This document shows, piece by piece, positions 46,728 to 58,083 of a stretch of 64,000 nt of DNA. Origin of the DNA: an uncultured bacterium (GTDB lineage Bacteria; Acidobacteriota; Aminicenantia; Aminicenantales; Aminicenantaceae); NCBI GenBank assembly GCA_965533275.1, contig CBESWG010000009.1:6300-70299 (forward strand), written 5' to 3'. The notes beneath the pieces were generated by a model. The model searched no databases, was not told the origin of the DNA, and saw only the letters and a program-made list of their open reading frames with translations. Position numbers and translations under genes: made by a program. Positions within the stretch are counted from its first letter, which is position 1. Each line of letters starts with the position of its first letter.

Positions 46728-47225
46728 TTATTCTTCCTCTCTTTGCAGAGGATTCTTGTTCTGTATGGTGACCACCAGATTGTCCTTGTATCCGGCCAGC
46801 GAGCTGGTTATGGATTCCGCCCGGGTGTAGAGCTGGCCGATCTTCTTGTAGCCCAGGTGGAACTGTCTCTCGACGGTCTTGTTGATGGTGGTGCGCTGAG
46901 GGCTGAAGGCATAGAATGAGAGCACCGTCAGCAGCACGGTGGCCGCGGCCAGTACGGGCTGCAGCGAGGGCCGGACCAGGAAATTGAGACTGTAGCGGAA
47001 CCGGCTCTTCCTTTCGGGGATGGCCAGCAGGCGTTCCTGCAGGCTGGGGCTGACCTCCAGCTCGGGGAGCGCCTGGAGAGAGGCGTTGACCTCGCTGAGA
47101 AACCCCAGCAGTTCCCGGCATTCGGGGCATTCGCGCAGATGGGCTTCCACAACCTGCCCCTCCGCTGCGCTCAGTTCGCCGTCCAGGTAAGGAGATATCA
47201 GGTCTTCCATGCGGTTACATTCCAT
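46728..47225 (-). CDS. anti-sigma factor (zf-HC2 type)
   Basis: Contains the PYLDGELS..HLRECPECREL (H-x3-C-x2-C) motif and a single TM segment. Overlaps the sigma gene end; an alternative start is MEDL at 47210. Confidence 0.7.
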   Translation of the reverse strand: MECNRMEDLISPYLDGELSAAEGQVVEAHLRECPECRELLGFLSEVNASLQALPELEVSPSLQERLLAIPERKSRFRYSLNFLVRPSLQPVLAAATVLLTVLSFYAFSPQRTTINKTVERQFHLGYKKIGQLYTRAESITSSLAGYKDNLVVTIQNKNPLQREEE

Positions 47226-47775
47226 GGCTTCTCTCCTTGAATTCTTTCAGGACCCTGGCCAGCTGGAGCCTGCCGCGATTGACACGGGATTTGACCGTTC
47301 CCAGAGGCAGGGACATGATCTCAGCGATCTCGTCATAAGACTTGCCCTGGATGTCCCTCAAGATCACGGCCATCCGGATCTCCGGTGAGAGGTGCTCAAA
47401 ACCCTCCCAGACCATCCGCCGGTTTTCGCTCTCCATAACCTCCGCTTCCGGGCTGAAACGCGAATCCGCTGAGAGTGCGTGTTCATCGAAATCGTCCCGC
47501 GAGGTCTTCTCGTACTTTGTCTTCCGGTACTGGTCGATCAGATAGTTCTTGGAGAGGGTGAGCAGCCATGCGGTGAAATTCCGGCTGAAGTCGAACTTGG
47601 TGAGCGATCCGTAGAGCTTGAGGAAGATCTCCTGGGTCAGGTCCTCGGCAGCTTCGTAGTTGCCGGAGAATTGGTATGCCAGGTTGAAGATCTTTTTCGA
47701 GTACGCATTAACCAGCATTTCCCAAGCTCCTGTTCGTCCGTCCAGGCAGGCACGGACGGTTTGTTCTATGTTCAC
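47215..47775 (-). CDS. ECF (sigma-24-type) RNA polymerase sigma factor
   Basis: 186 aa with sigma-70 region 2 (..YSKKIFNLAYQF..DLTQEIFLK) and region 4 (SYDEIAEIMSLPLGTVKSRVNRGR). Confidence 0.85.
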   Translation of the reverse strand: MNIEQTVRACLDGRTGAWEMLVNAYSKKIFNLAYQFSGNYEAAEDLTQEIFLKLYGSLTKFDFSRNFTAWLLTLSKNYLIDQYRKTKYEKTSRDDFDEHALSADSRFSPEAEVMESENRRMVWEGFEHLSPEIRMAVILRDIQGKSYDEIAEIMSLPLGTVKSRVNRGRLQLARVLKEFKERSHGM

Positions 47776-48033
47776 GTTTCACACCTGAGTAGACGAAACG
47801 CACTCTGGAAAAGTTCCGCAGCAGAGCCGCATCTGTTTGTCTTGGAAAGAAATGCCATTGTCCTGGCCACATTCTAGTTTTCCAGCGGTCCCGCTGTCAA
47901 CGCAGTATCGGATGGTTCCGGTGTCTCTTCTCAACTTATGTTTATTATCCTTTTCATCTGCCCGAATTTTCCGTACAATTGATTGTCATGCCTGTTTTTG
48001 TCCAAATTTCTAATACCTGAAGGGAGGTCGCCA

Positions 48034-49080
48034 ATGGAAGGCATCATCGGTTATGGCGCTTACATTCCCCGCAACCGCATCAAAGTGGAAGAGATTGCCA
48101 AGGTGTGGGGAGCCGATGCGCCCAGCTACAAAAAGGGTCTGATGCTGGAGGAAAAATCCGTTCCTTCGCCCGATCAGGACACCATTACCATGTCCGTGGA
48201 AGCATCAAAAAACGCTCTGAAAAGGGCACAGATCAATCCCGCCCATATCGGAGCCGTTTACATCGGATCCGAGTCCCATCCCTATGCGGTCAAACCGAGC
48301 GGAACTGTCGTTGCTGAAGCTCTGGGAGCGACTCCGGAATGCCACACGGCCGACTTCGAGTTTGCCTGCAAGGCAGGCACAGAAGGCATGTTCGTGGCCT
48401 TGAACCTGGTCAAATCGGGTGCTGTGGAATTCGGGCTCGGCGTGGGCGCCGACACATCCCAAGGAGCGCCCGGAGACGCCCTGGAGTATTCGGCCGCTGC
48501 AGGGGCCGCAGCCTTTATCTTCGGTCGCGAAAACCTGGTGGCGCGGGCCCTCGATACCTATGCTTTTATGACGGATACGCCTGATTTCTGGCGCCGTGAG
48601 TACCAGTATTACCCCCAGCACGGCGGCAGGTTTACCGGCGATCCGGCCTATTTCAAGCATGTGACCGGAGCCACTCGGGGGATCCTGGAGAAGGCCGGTG
48701 CCGAGCCCCAGGATATGGACTATGTGATCTTCCATCAACCCAACGGCAAATTCCCTTTCCGGGCCGGCAAGCTCCTCGGTTTTACCAAGGAGCAGATCCT
48801 GCCCGGTTGGCTGGTCAATAAACTGGGCAACACCTATTCCGGCTCATCACCTCTGGGCCTCACCTCAACTCTGGATATCGCCAAGCCGGGCAACAAGATC
48901 CTGCTCGTTTCCTACGGCTCCGGGGCCGGCAGCGATGCCTTCATCTTTGAGGTCACCGACCGCATCGATGAGGTGCGCGACCTGGCGCCCCGTACGCGCG
49001 ACCTCCTGGACAACAACAAGAATTACCTGGAGTATGGAGAGTATGCCAAGTTCCGGCACAAGATCAGGAAGGCGGACTAG
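48034..49080 (+). CDS. hydroxymethylglutaryl-CoA synthase, archaeal type
   Basis: Start at ATG 48034 with AGGGAGG upstream. Contains GIIGYGAYIPRNRIKVEEIA and the thiolase-fold Cys (ACKAGT). Length is typical of the archaeal HMGCS/PksG-like family. Confidence 0.85.
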   Translation: MEGIIGYGAYIPRNRIKVEEIAKVWGADAPSYKKGLMLEEKSVPSPDQDTITMSVEASKNALKRAQINPAHIGAVYIGSESHPYAVKPSGTVVAEALGATPECHTADFEFACKAGTEGMFVALNLVKSGAVEFGLGVGADTSQGAPGDALEYSAAAGAAAFIFGRENLVARALDTYAFMTDTPDFWRREYQYYPQHGGRFTGDPAYFKHVTGATRGILEKAGAEPQDMDYVIFHQPNGKFPFRAGKLLGFTKEQILPGWLVNKLGNTYSGSSPLGLTSTLDIAKPGNKILLVSYGSGAGSDAFIFEVTDRIDEVRDLAPRTRDLLDNNKNYLEYGEYAKFRHKIRKAD

Positions 49081-49089
49081 GAGGGCGAT

Positions 49090-50247
49090 ATGAGAGAAGT
49101 TGCTGTTATCGGAGTAGGGATCACCAAATGGGGAGAGATCTGGAAGCAGTCTCTCCGGGATATTTATGTCGAGACCGCCCTCCTGGCGCTGGACGACGCC
49201 GGCTTGGATCGCGTGGATTCCATGTACGTGGGATCCATGTCGCCCGGCCTGTTTGTGGGCCAGGAGCACATCGCAGCTCTCCTGTCTGACTATCTGGGCC
49301 AGAAGCACATCCCGGCCGTACGCGTGGAATCCGCGTGCTCCTCTGGAGGCTTAGCGGTCCGGATGGGCTACATGGAAGTGGCATCCGGCATGAGCGATGC
49401 GGTCCTGGTAAGCGGGATCGAAAAGATGACGGATGTGGGCGGCGATGAGGCCACCTTCGCCCTGAGTACCGCCGCAGACCAGGAGTATGAGGGGTATCAC
49501 GGCCTCACATTCCCCGGGCTTTATGCCCTGATCGCGCGGGCCCACATGGAAAAGTATGGGACCACGCGCGAACAGCTGGCCATGGTATCGGTCAAAAATC
49601 ACAGGAACGGGGCTAAAAACTCCAAGGCTCAGTTTCCCTTCGAGGTCACAGTGGAGCAGGTCATCAACTCCGTGAAGGTGTCTGATCCGCTGAACATCCT
49701 GGACTGCTCTCCCATCACGGACGGGTCAGCCGCCGTGATCCTGGTCCCGGCGGACAAGGCCCGGGAAATGAAGAAGCCTGTCATCAAGATCATCGGCTCG
49801 GGACATGCCACCGACACCATCCAATTGGCTCAACGCAAGGACATCACCTGGCTCGAGTCGACATACTTGGCCGGCCAGCGCGCCTATGAGATGGCCGGCA
49901 AGAAACCCGTGGACCTCGATCTGCTCGAGGTCCATGACTGCTTCACCATCGCCGAGATCTGTGTGACCGAAGCGCTCGGTGTGGTGGAGAAGGGCAGGGG
50001 AGGCGCGGCCGTAGAGGCAGGTGAAACTGCGCTCGAGGGCCGGATCCCGGTCAACTCCAGCGGGGGCCTGAAATCCAAGGGACATCCCGTGGGAGCCACG
50101 GGAGTCGCCCAGGTCATCGAAGTGGTCGAGCAGCTCCGGGGTGAAGCCGGAGAACGGCAGATCGAAGATCCCCGGGTGGGGATGACGCAGAACATGGGCG
50201 GGAGCGGTGCCAGCACCGTGTGCCACATCTTCGAGCGGGAAGGATAG
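49090..50247 (+). CDS. thiolase-domain protein (archaeal-type acetoacetyl-CoA thiolase, SCP-x-like)
   Basis: 385 aa with the N-terminal [10 protein letters not shown] and VESACSSGG (catalytic Cys), and a C-terminal GHPVGATG motif. Confidence 0.85.
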   Translation: MREVAVIGVGITKWGEIWKQSLRDIYVETALLALDDAGLDRVDSMYVGSMSPGLFVGQEHIAALLSDYLGQKHIPAVRVESACSSGGLAVRMGYMEVASGMSDAVLVSGIEKMTDVGGDEATFALSTAADQEYEGYHGLTFPGLYALIARAHMEKYGTTREQLAMVSVKNHRNGAKNSKAQFPFEVTVEQVINSVKVSDPLNILDCSPITDGSAAVILVPADKAREMKKPVIKIIGSGHATDTIQLAQRKDITWLESTYLAGQRAYEMAGKKPVDLDLLEVHDCFTIAEICVTEALGVVEKGRGGAAVEAGETALEGRIPVNSSGGLKSKGHPVGATGVAQVIEVVEQLRGEAGERQIEDPRVGMTQNMGGSGASTVCHIFEREG

Positions 50248-50258
50248 AGGAGGAGAAC

Positions 50259-50654
50259 ATGTCGACACCATCCAAATACTGGAGAGAGATCCCCCAGAGA
50301 TACCGCAGGGAAGCCAACCGCTGCGCGCCCTGCAGCCTGATATTTTTTCCGCCCCGGCTCATCTGCCCGGAGTGCGGGAACCGCGAGCTGGAGCAGACCG
50401 TGATGGCGGAAAAAGGCGGCCTTATGACCTACACCATCGTGAGGGTTCCACCCAGCCAATTCAAGGACCAGGCACCCTATACTGTAGGGATCGTTGAGAT
50501 GGATGACGGAGTAAGGTTGACGGGCCAGGTCGTCGATTGTGACTTTGACAAGCTCCAAACGGGGATGCGCCTGCGGCTGGAATTCCGCAAGATGTATGAC
50601 GTAGGCCACTCCGGGATCATCTGCTACGGCTATAAATTTGTTCCCGAATATTGA
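50259..50654 (+). CDS. DUF35 Zn-ribbon/OB-fold protein (partner of archaeal-type thiolase/HMGCS)
   Basis: Start at ATG 50259 with GGAGGAG upstream. It has a CxxC..CxxC zinc ribbon (CAPCSLIFFPPRLICPECGN) and then an OB fold. Confidence 0.8.
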   Translation: MSTPSKYWREIPQRYRREANRCAPCSLIFFPPRLICPECGNRELEQTVMAEKGGLMTYTIVRVPPSQFKDQAPYTVGIVEMDDGVRLTGQVVDCDFDKLQTGMRLRLEFRKMYDVGHSGIICYGYKFVPEY

Positions 50655-50742
50655 GCATTCGGTCGTGATGGATCTATGGGGCCCGGAAATCCTGGGCCGG
50701 ATATCTCCATGACTCAGGCGAAAAGAGCGAGAGGGCGGAAAC

Positions 50743-52350
<1,608 letters not shown>

Positions 52351-52351
52351 C

Positions 52352-53173
52352 ATGAACGCAAACTCCTTCAACACGATCCGCTATGAAAAAAGAGGACAGG
52401 TGGCCCTGATCACCCTCGCCCGCCCAGAGGTCCACAATGCATTCAATTCCGTAATGATCGGAGAGCTGCTCACAGCATTCGCCCGGATCAAAAACGATCC
52501 CGAGGTGCGCGTGGGAGTGCTGACAGGTGAGGGGAGGTCGTTCTGCGCGGGAGCCGATCTCAATTGGATGAGGGAGATTGTCCGGTATTCCTATGAGCAG
52601 AATCTAGAGGAATCCCTGCAGATCGCAGAACTCCATCAAAATATCTACACGATGCCGAAACCCACGGTCGCCAAGGTCAACGGGACGGCCATCGGAGGCG
52701 GCACCGGCTTCCTGTCGGCCTGCGATATCGCCATCGCCTCCGAAGAGGCTCTCTTCGGCCTGAGCGAAGTCAAACTGGGCCTTGTCCCGGCCGCCATCTC
52801 GCCCTATGTGGTCCGCAAGATCGGGGAAAGCAAAGCGCGTGAGTATTTCCTGACAGGCGTACGCATATCCGCTCCCCGGGCCGTGGAGATCGGCCTCCTC
52901 AACGAATGCGTGCCTTCTGGGGAGCTGGATGACCGGGTTGCAGGATTGGTGGAAAACCTGCTCACTTCCGGCCCGGAAGCGCTGGCCCGTTGTAAGGAGT
53001 TGATCCTCAAAGTGGCCCGGATGGGGACGGAGGAGGCGGGCGAGTACACGGCCCGCATGATCGCGGACCTCCGCATCAGCGCCGAGGGACAGGAAGGGAT
53101 GGCCGCCTTCCTGGAAAAGCGTCGGCCGGCCTGGGTCAAGGGCTCTAAGGATCGGGGAAAAGATGTTCGATAA
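52352..53173 (+). CDS. enoyl-CoA hydratase/isomerase (crotonase; methylglutaconyl-CoA hydratase-like)
   Basis: Start at ATG 52352 (MNANSFN), overlapping the upstream stop. The crotonase oxyanion-hole motifs FCAGADL and GGG are present. Confidence 0.8.
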   Translation: MNANSFNTIRYEKRGQVALITLARPEVHNAFNSVMIGELLTAFARIKNDPEVRVGVLTGEGRSFCAGADLNWMREIVRYSYEQNLEESLQIAELHQNIYTMPKPTVAKVNGTAIGGGTGFLSACDIAIASEEALFGLSEVKLGLVPAAISPYVVRKIGESKAREYFLTGVRISAPRAVEIGLLNECVPSGELDDRVAGLVENLLTSGPEALARCKELILKVARMGTEEAGEYTARMIADLRISAEGQEGMAAFLEKRRPAWVKGSKDRGKDVR

Positions 53174-54671
53174 GATATTGATCGCCAATCGGGGAGAGAT
53201 CGCGGTCCGGATCATACGGGGATGCCGGGAGCTGGGGATCGCTACTGTGGCCGTCTATTCCGATGCCGACAAAAGGAGCCTGCACGTCCAGACTGCAGAC
53301 GAGGCCGTTGCCATTGGGCCCGCTCCGGCCGCGGAGAGCTATCTCGACATAGCGCGCATCCTCCAGGCGGCCAAGGACAGGGGAGCGGGAGCCATCCATC
53401 CCGGCTACGGATTTCTGGCGGAAAATTCGCACTTTGCTCAGCGCTGCGAGGAGGATGGGATCGTTTTCATCGGACCCAGTTCTCGGGCAATGAGCCTGGT
53501 GGGGGACAAGGTGAGGTCCCGTCAGACCATGGAGAAGGCCGGTATCCCCATAATCCCGGGTATGCAGGGAACGATCTCAGCAGATACATCGATGGCGGAG
53601 GAGGAAGCGGACAGAATCGGTTACCCGGTTATGGTCAAGGCCTCTGCGGGAGGGGGAGGCAAGGGCATGCGCGTCGCCCGGGATCGGGAGGAGCTTGTCT
53701 CCGGCCTGGAAGCGGGCATGAGGGAAGCCAAGGCCGCCTTCGGAGATGAATCCGTATATCTCGAGAAGTTCATCGAGGATCCCCGGCATGTGGAGTTCCA
53801 GGTCCTGGCCGACAACCAGGGAAATATGGTCCACCTCTTCGAGAGGGAGTGTTCCATACAGCGCCGTCACCAGAAGATCGTGGAGGAGACGCCTTCCCCG
53901 GCCCTGGACCCGGAGTTGCGGGCGAGGATGGGGGAAACGGCCTGCAGGGTGATGCAGGCGGCCGGTTACAACAATGCCGGCACCGTCGAGTTTCTCCTGG
54001 ATAAAAATGGGGATTTCTACTTTCTGGAGGTGAACGCCCGGCTCCAGGTCGAGCATCCGGTGACGGAACTGGTGACGGGAGTGGACCTCGTACATCAACA
54101 GATCCGGATCGCGGCCGGTGAAACCCTATCGTACAGCCAGGAGAGCCTCGAACAGAAGGGACATGCCATCGAATGCCGGATCTATGCCGAAGACCCCCTC
54201 AACAATTTTCTTCCCTCGCCGGGCACGGTCCACTTCCTCAAAGAACCCTCCGGGCCGGGTGTGAGGCACGACTGCGGCATTTTCAGCGGATGTGAGGTCC
54301 CGATCTACTACGATCCGATACTTGCCAAACTCATCGTCTGGGCCGAATCGCGTGACGCGGCTATCCGGCGGATGCTGAATGCCCTGGATGACTATGTCGT
54401 CCTGGGAGTCAAGACCTGTATCGGATTCCTCAAGGATCTGATCGACCATCCCCAGTTCCGCGCGGGACACACCACGACCGGATTTATTGCGGAGCATTTT
54501 TCAGAATGGCAGCCACCTGAAGGCAAGGGGGAGCTGCTCGGAGTTGCGCTCCTGGCTGCCTCCCTGCGTTCCCAGGGCGGAAAGGGCGCATTGACGGGCT
54601 TAGAAGACGGGATCAGGGCGGTTCCTACGCCCTGGACGAGCCTGGGCAAGTGGCGGATCGGAGGAAAGTGA
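53163..54671 (+). CDS. biotin carboxylase subunit
   Basis: 502 aa with an ATP-grasp biotin carboxylase (MFDKILIANRGEIAVRIIR, EMNARLQVEHPVTE). It has no fused biotinyl domain. Confidence 0.9.
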   Translation: MFDKILIANRGEIAVRIIRGCRELGIATVAVYSDADKRSLHVQTADEAVAIGPAPAAESYLDIARILQAAKDRGAGAIHPGYGFLAENSHFAQRCEEDGIVFIGPSSRAMSLVGDKVRSRQTMEKAGIPIIPGMQGTISADTSMAEEEADRIGYPVMVKASAGGGGKGMRVARDREELVSGLEAGMREAKAAFGDESVYLEKFIEDPRHVEFQVLADNQGNMVHLFERECSIQRRHQKIVEETPSPALDPELRARMGETACRVMQAAGYNNAGTVEFLLDKNGDFYFLEVNARLQVEHPVTELVTGVDLVHQQIRIAAGETLSYSQESLEQKGHAIECRIYAEDPLNNFLPSPGTVHFLKEPSGPGVRHDCGIFSGCEVPIYYDPILAKLIVWAESRDAAIRRMLNALDDYVVLGVKTCIGFLKDLIDHPQFRAGHTTTGFIAEHFSEWQPPEGKGELLGVALLAASLRSQGGKGALTGLEDGIRAVPTPWTSLGKWRIGGK

Positions 54672-54672
54672 C

Positions 54673-55179
54673 GTGGAATATGAATTCCAGATAGCCGGGA
54701 AGTTGCACTCCATAACCTTGGAGGCAAAAGGAGAGGGATATCTCGCCAACACAGGGGATTCACCATTTAGGGCCGAGGTTCAGTTCCTCTCACCCAATGC
54801 CCTGTCTGTCCTCATCGACGGGAATTCCTATACCGTTTACACGGCCGCCGATGGGAACAGACATCTGGTGTCCTGCAGGGGGCAGCACTTCGAACTGTTC
54901 GAGCCCTGTACGGACAGCGACCGCTTCCTGGGGGGAGAGGGGAGTGGCGCCGGTGACGAACTCGTGATCAAGGCACCCATGCCCGGCAAGATCATCAAGA
55001 TCAGCGTTTCAGAGGCCGAAGAGGTCCGCAAGAACCAGACTCTGGTCATTGTAGAGGCGATGAAGATGGAGAACGAGATCAAGTCCACCATCGAGGGTGT
55101 GGTCAAGCGTATCAGTGCTTCTCCGGGAGACCTGGTCGACACCGATACGCCCATAATCGAGCTGGCCAAGAAGGAATAA
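54673..55179 (+). CDS. biotin carboxyl carrier protein (biotinyl/lipoyl domain)
   Basis: GTG start at 54673 (no in-frame ATG near the N-terminus). The C-terminal biotinyl domain carries the EAMKMENEI attachment motif. Confidence 0.75.
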   Translation: MEYEFQIAGKLHSITLEAKGEGYLANTGDSPFRAEVQFLSPNALSVLIDGNSYTVYTAADGNRHLVSCRGQHFELFEPCTDSDRFLGGEGSGAGDELVIKAPMPGKIIKISVSEAEEVRKNQTLVIVEAMKMENEIKSTIEGVVKRISASPGDLVDTDTPIIELAKKE

Positions 55180-55325
55180 GCACCAGCCCCACGTTTCTCC
55201 TTCTTTTCCCTGGTCCTATATTATTGATGAAGGAATAATATTCTGAATGGACCGAGAGTGAGTTTGAATCCCACTTTTCTTGAGATGCAACACTTCCCGG
55301 TCCGTGTGAGTTAAACACAGTGAAG

Positions 55326-55868
55326 ATGGATGAGCAAGAATTGATCCGTAGGGTCCAGTCTGGAGACGAAGGGGCCTTCGAGGAGATCGTGACCGTGTAT
55401 AAGCACAAGATCGTGAATTTCCTGTTCCAGCTGACAGGCGATTATGAACGCGCCGTGGAGCTGGCCCAGGAGACCTTCATGCGGGTGTATTTCAAGGCCC
55501 ACCGGTATAAACCGATCGCTCCGTTCTCGTCCTGGATATACGCCATCGCGTCCAACCTGGCAAAGACCGACCTGAAGAGATCCCGGCGCTATTACCATGT
55601 CCCGCTCGAAGACGTGCAGCACCGTGCGCACGAAGGGATGATCTCCACCGAGAATCCCGAGAGCAGCGGCATGGGGAAGAATGTTAAACAAGCCCTGGAT
55701 GAGCTTCATCCCCGCTACCGGATCCCCGTCATCCTGAAGGACATCGAGGGATTCACTCAGGAGGAGATAGCAAACATCCTGAACATACCGGTCGGGACGA
55801 TCAAGGCCAGGATCAGCCGCGGGCGCAGCCATCTCAGAAAAGAGTTGGAGAGGGCCCTGGCATGCTGA
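55326..55868 (+). CDS. ECF (sigma-24-type) RNA polymerase sigma factor
   Basis: Has sigma-70 region 2 (YKHKIVNFLFQLTGDYERAVELAQETFMRVY) and region 4 (FTQEEIANILNIPVGTIKARISRGR). An alternative GTG start is at 55320. Confidence 0.85.
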   Translation: MDEQELIRRVQSGDEGAFEEIVTVYKHKIVNFLFQLTGDYERAVELAQETFMRVYFKAHRYKPIAPFSSWIYAIASNLAKTDLKRSRRYYHVPLEDVQHRAHEGMISTENPESSGMGKNVKQALDELHPRYRIPVILKDIEGFTQEEIANILNIPVGTIKARISRGRSHLRKELERALAC

Positions 55869-55893
55869 AGCGCGATGGACGAGGAGAATCGTT

Positions 55894-56283
55894 ATGGAAG
55901 AGTTTGAACTCTTGACCCACATGGAACAAGTGGAAGCACCGGTCGGCTTCGAGGGGCGTGTCATGACGCATCTGGCAGAGCGCAAAAAACAGCGCCGCAG
56001 GACACGTCGTGTCGGCTTCTCATTGGTGACAGCCGCGGCCTCGCTGGCCGTGGTGATCGTTGCACTCAATTTCCTGGTGCTCCCTCATGGGGGACCGGGG
56101 GAGATGGCCTCGCTGGAAAAGGAGATCACGCCCGAATTCCAGCCCCAGGGCCTGAGCCCCACCATCCCCCTCACGGAGGTCCTGGATTATTCCGGGGAGG
56201 CCCGTCAAGTGACACGCCAGCCTCGGACCATATACATTCTCGAGCAAGTATCTGACCGCACCGATACCCGAACAATCTACTAG
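55894..56283 (+). CDS. putative anti-sigma factor (single-pass membrane protein)
   Basis: 129 aa with a basic stretch followed by a TM helix (FSLVTAAASLAVVIVALNFLVL). Its position, immediately after the ECF sigma gene, fits an anti-sigma factor. Confidence 0.5.
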   Translation: MEEFELLTHMEQVEAPVGFEGRVMTHLAERKKQRRRTRRVGFSLVTAAASLAVVIVALNFLVLPHGGPGEMASLEKEITPEFQPQGLSPTIPLTEVLDYSGEARQVTRQPRTIYILEQVSDRTDTRTIY

Positions 56284-56298
56284 GAGGTCAGTACAACT

Positions 56299-58020
56299 AT
56301 GAACAAAAATGCAAAAAGCCTTTGGTTAGTTTTCGTTTTTCTGGCGGTGATGGCCGCGTCCGCTCTTGCGGCGCCGGCATCCGGGGCAGCTCAGGACCTG
56401 GAGGGCCTGACCAAGAAAGTCTTTCCCTCAGTGGTTCGTGTCGAGGCACGAGATGGGTGGCGCAAGGTTGCCACCGGAGTGGTCATCGACAAGGAGGGGT
56501 ATATCGTCACCACTGCACTGATATCCCCCCGGGACGCGAACCTGTTCGTGATCTCGTCGGAGGGCGAAGAGATCGAGGCCGAGTTCCTGGGCATGGACCC
56601 GGAAACCCATCTGGCCCTGATCAAGGCCAAGTCAAAAAAATGGAAGCCGATCACCATGGGCCGGATGGAGGACCTCTCCGCCGGCTCGGAGATCGCGGTC
56701 GTCTGTTTTTCCCCTGAGGAAAAGGCCGCCATCACCAAGGGGATCGTGAGTTCTGTGGGGAGAGACAGCCTGCGGCTGAACGTGGTCGTGATCCCGGGAG
56801 GCAGCGGCAGCCCGGTGATCGACATGCAGGGCCGCATGATCGGACTGGTGCGCGGCGCCTATGTGGGTGAGGCTATGATCTCAGTGGACGGGCGCGAAGT
56901 CACCGCCGGAAACTTCATGGTGAGCCGTGTGGAAGGCTCCTCTTCCGGCATGGCCTCTGCCATCCCGCTGGACATCGTGAAAAAGGTCTCGACGGAGATC
57001 CGGGAGACAGGCAAGGTCCGCCGCGGTTGGCTGGGTGTCGGCCTGCTCCTCAATGACGAAGGCAAGGTCATTGTCGATACTGTCGATGACGAATCTCCCG
57101 CAAACGACGCCGGTCTCCAACAAGGCGATATTCTCCTGGAGATCGACGGCCAGGAGATCTTCGACAGAGAGATGCTAGCGAGGGAGATCCGGATGCATAC
57201 TCCGGGAGACGAGGTCGAGCTGCAGATCGAGAGGGAAGGTAAAGACCGGAAGATAGATGTCGAGCTGGGAGAGTATTCCCAACTGGCGATCGCCAGGGAA
57301 TTCGAATTCGAATTCCCCGAGCTCTTCCAGATGAAACCCGGAGAAATGCCCGAGAACTTCTTCAGGGCGACACCCAGTCGGCTCCTGAGCTGGATCTCGG
57401 AAGAACGAAAGTTTATCGGCGTGCTCATCCAGGAATTGAATCCTGAGCTGGCAGAATTCTTCGGAGTGGATGACGGCATTGGCCTCCTCATCACCAAGGT
57501 CGACAAAGACACCCCGGCGGAGAAAGCCGGCCTCAAGGTCGGCGACGTGATCGTCCGGGCCGAGGGCAAAGCCACCAAGAGTGGAAACGACTTCACCAGG
57601 CTGATCCAGGGCCTGGAGGAGGGAGACAAGGTCAAGCTGGAGATCGTCCGCAGCAAAAAAGCCCGCACCATCGAGGTTGAAGTCGCCGTGGATGAGGGCC
57701 GCGGGCGGCGTTTCATGCCTGAGGCGTACTCGAATGCCACTGCTCGAAGGATGCAGGAACATAAAGAACAAGCCAACGTGCGGGAGAGATCCATGCAGGA
57801 AGCCCTGAAAACGCGGCAGGAAGCGTATCGGCTGCAGCAGGAAAGCCTGAACCGCGACCACGAAAAATGGCAGCAGGAACAGATGAAGAGATCCCTGCAG
57901 AGGGCGGCGGAATCCCGCAAATTCTATGAAGAGTTCCGGAAAAATCAGCTGGAAATGCAGAAGAAAGCAACGGAGAAGCTCAGGATCGCACTCAAGCGGT
58001 ATCGGTGCATAAAAGTGTAA
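56299..58020 (+). CDS. HtrA/DegP-family trypsin-like protein with two PDZ domains and a C-terminal coiled-coil tail; catalytic triad appears non-canonical
   Basis: It has a signal peptide and a protease-domain block that aligns to DegP (PSVVRVEA.., GYIVTTALIS, GGSGSPV), followed by two PDZ domains. Against E. coli DegP motifs recalled from memory, TNNHVV appears here as TTALIS and SDIAL as THLAL. The C-terminal ~90 aa are K/E/Q/R-rich helical sequence. Confidence 0.75.
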   Translation: MNKNAKSLWLVFVFLAVMAASALAAPASGAAQDLEGLTKKVFPSVVRVEARDGWRKVATGVVIDKEGYIVTTALISPRDANLFVISSEGEEIEAEFLGMDPETHLALIKAKSKKWKPITMGRMEDLSAGSEIAVVCFSPEEKAAITKGIVSSVGRDSLRLNVVVIPGGSGSPVIDMQGRMIGLVRGAYVGEAMISVDGREVTAGNFMVSRVEGSSSGMASAIPLDIVKKVSTEIRETGKVRRGWLGVGLLLNDEGKVIVDTVDDESPANDAGLQQGDILLEIDGQEIFDREMLAREIRMHTPGDEVELQIEREGKDRKIDVELGEYSQLAIAREFEFEFPELFQMKPGEMPENFFRATPSRLLSWISEERKFIGVLIQELNPELAEFFGVDDGIGLLITKVDKDTPAEKAGLKVGDVIVRAEGKATKSGNDFTRLIQGLEEGDKVKLEIVRSKKARTIEVEVAVDEGRGRRFMPEAYSNATARRMQEHKEQANVRERSMQEALKTRQEAYRLQQESLNRDHEKWQQEQMKRSLQRAAESRKFYEEFRKNQLEMQKKATEKLRIALKRYRCIKV

Positions 58021-58047
58021 ACTTGCTTTTGTGTCCCTTTTTACATC

Positions 58048-58083
58048 GGGAGGCAGGGTTCCAGCTCTGCCTCCCTTTTTTTA
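58048..58083. terminator. rho-independent terminator
   Basis: GGGAGGCAG-(10 nt loop)-CTGCCTCCC followed by T7. It lies between the convergent HtrA-like and trmH genes. Confidence 0.6.

Noticed and set aside
47776-48033. 258-nt divergent region between the ECF sigma gene and HMG-CoA synthase as a possible regulatory RNA
   Set aside because: It is long, but I could not identify a convincing structured element or repeated motif by eye. It most likely just holds two divergent promoters. Left unannotated.
56859-57920. 353-aa minus-strand ORF inside the HtrA-like gene
   Set aside because: It is antisense to the PDZ-protease gene. The translation is Ser/Arg/Pro-rich low complexity.
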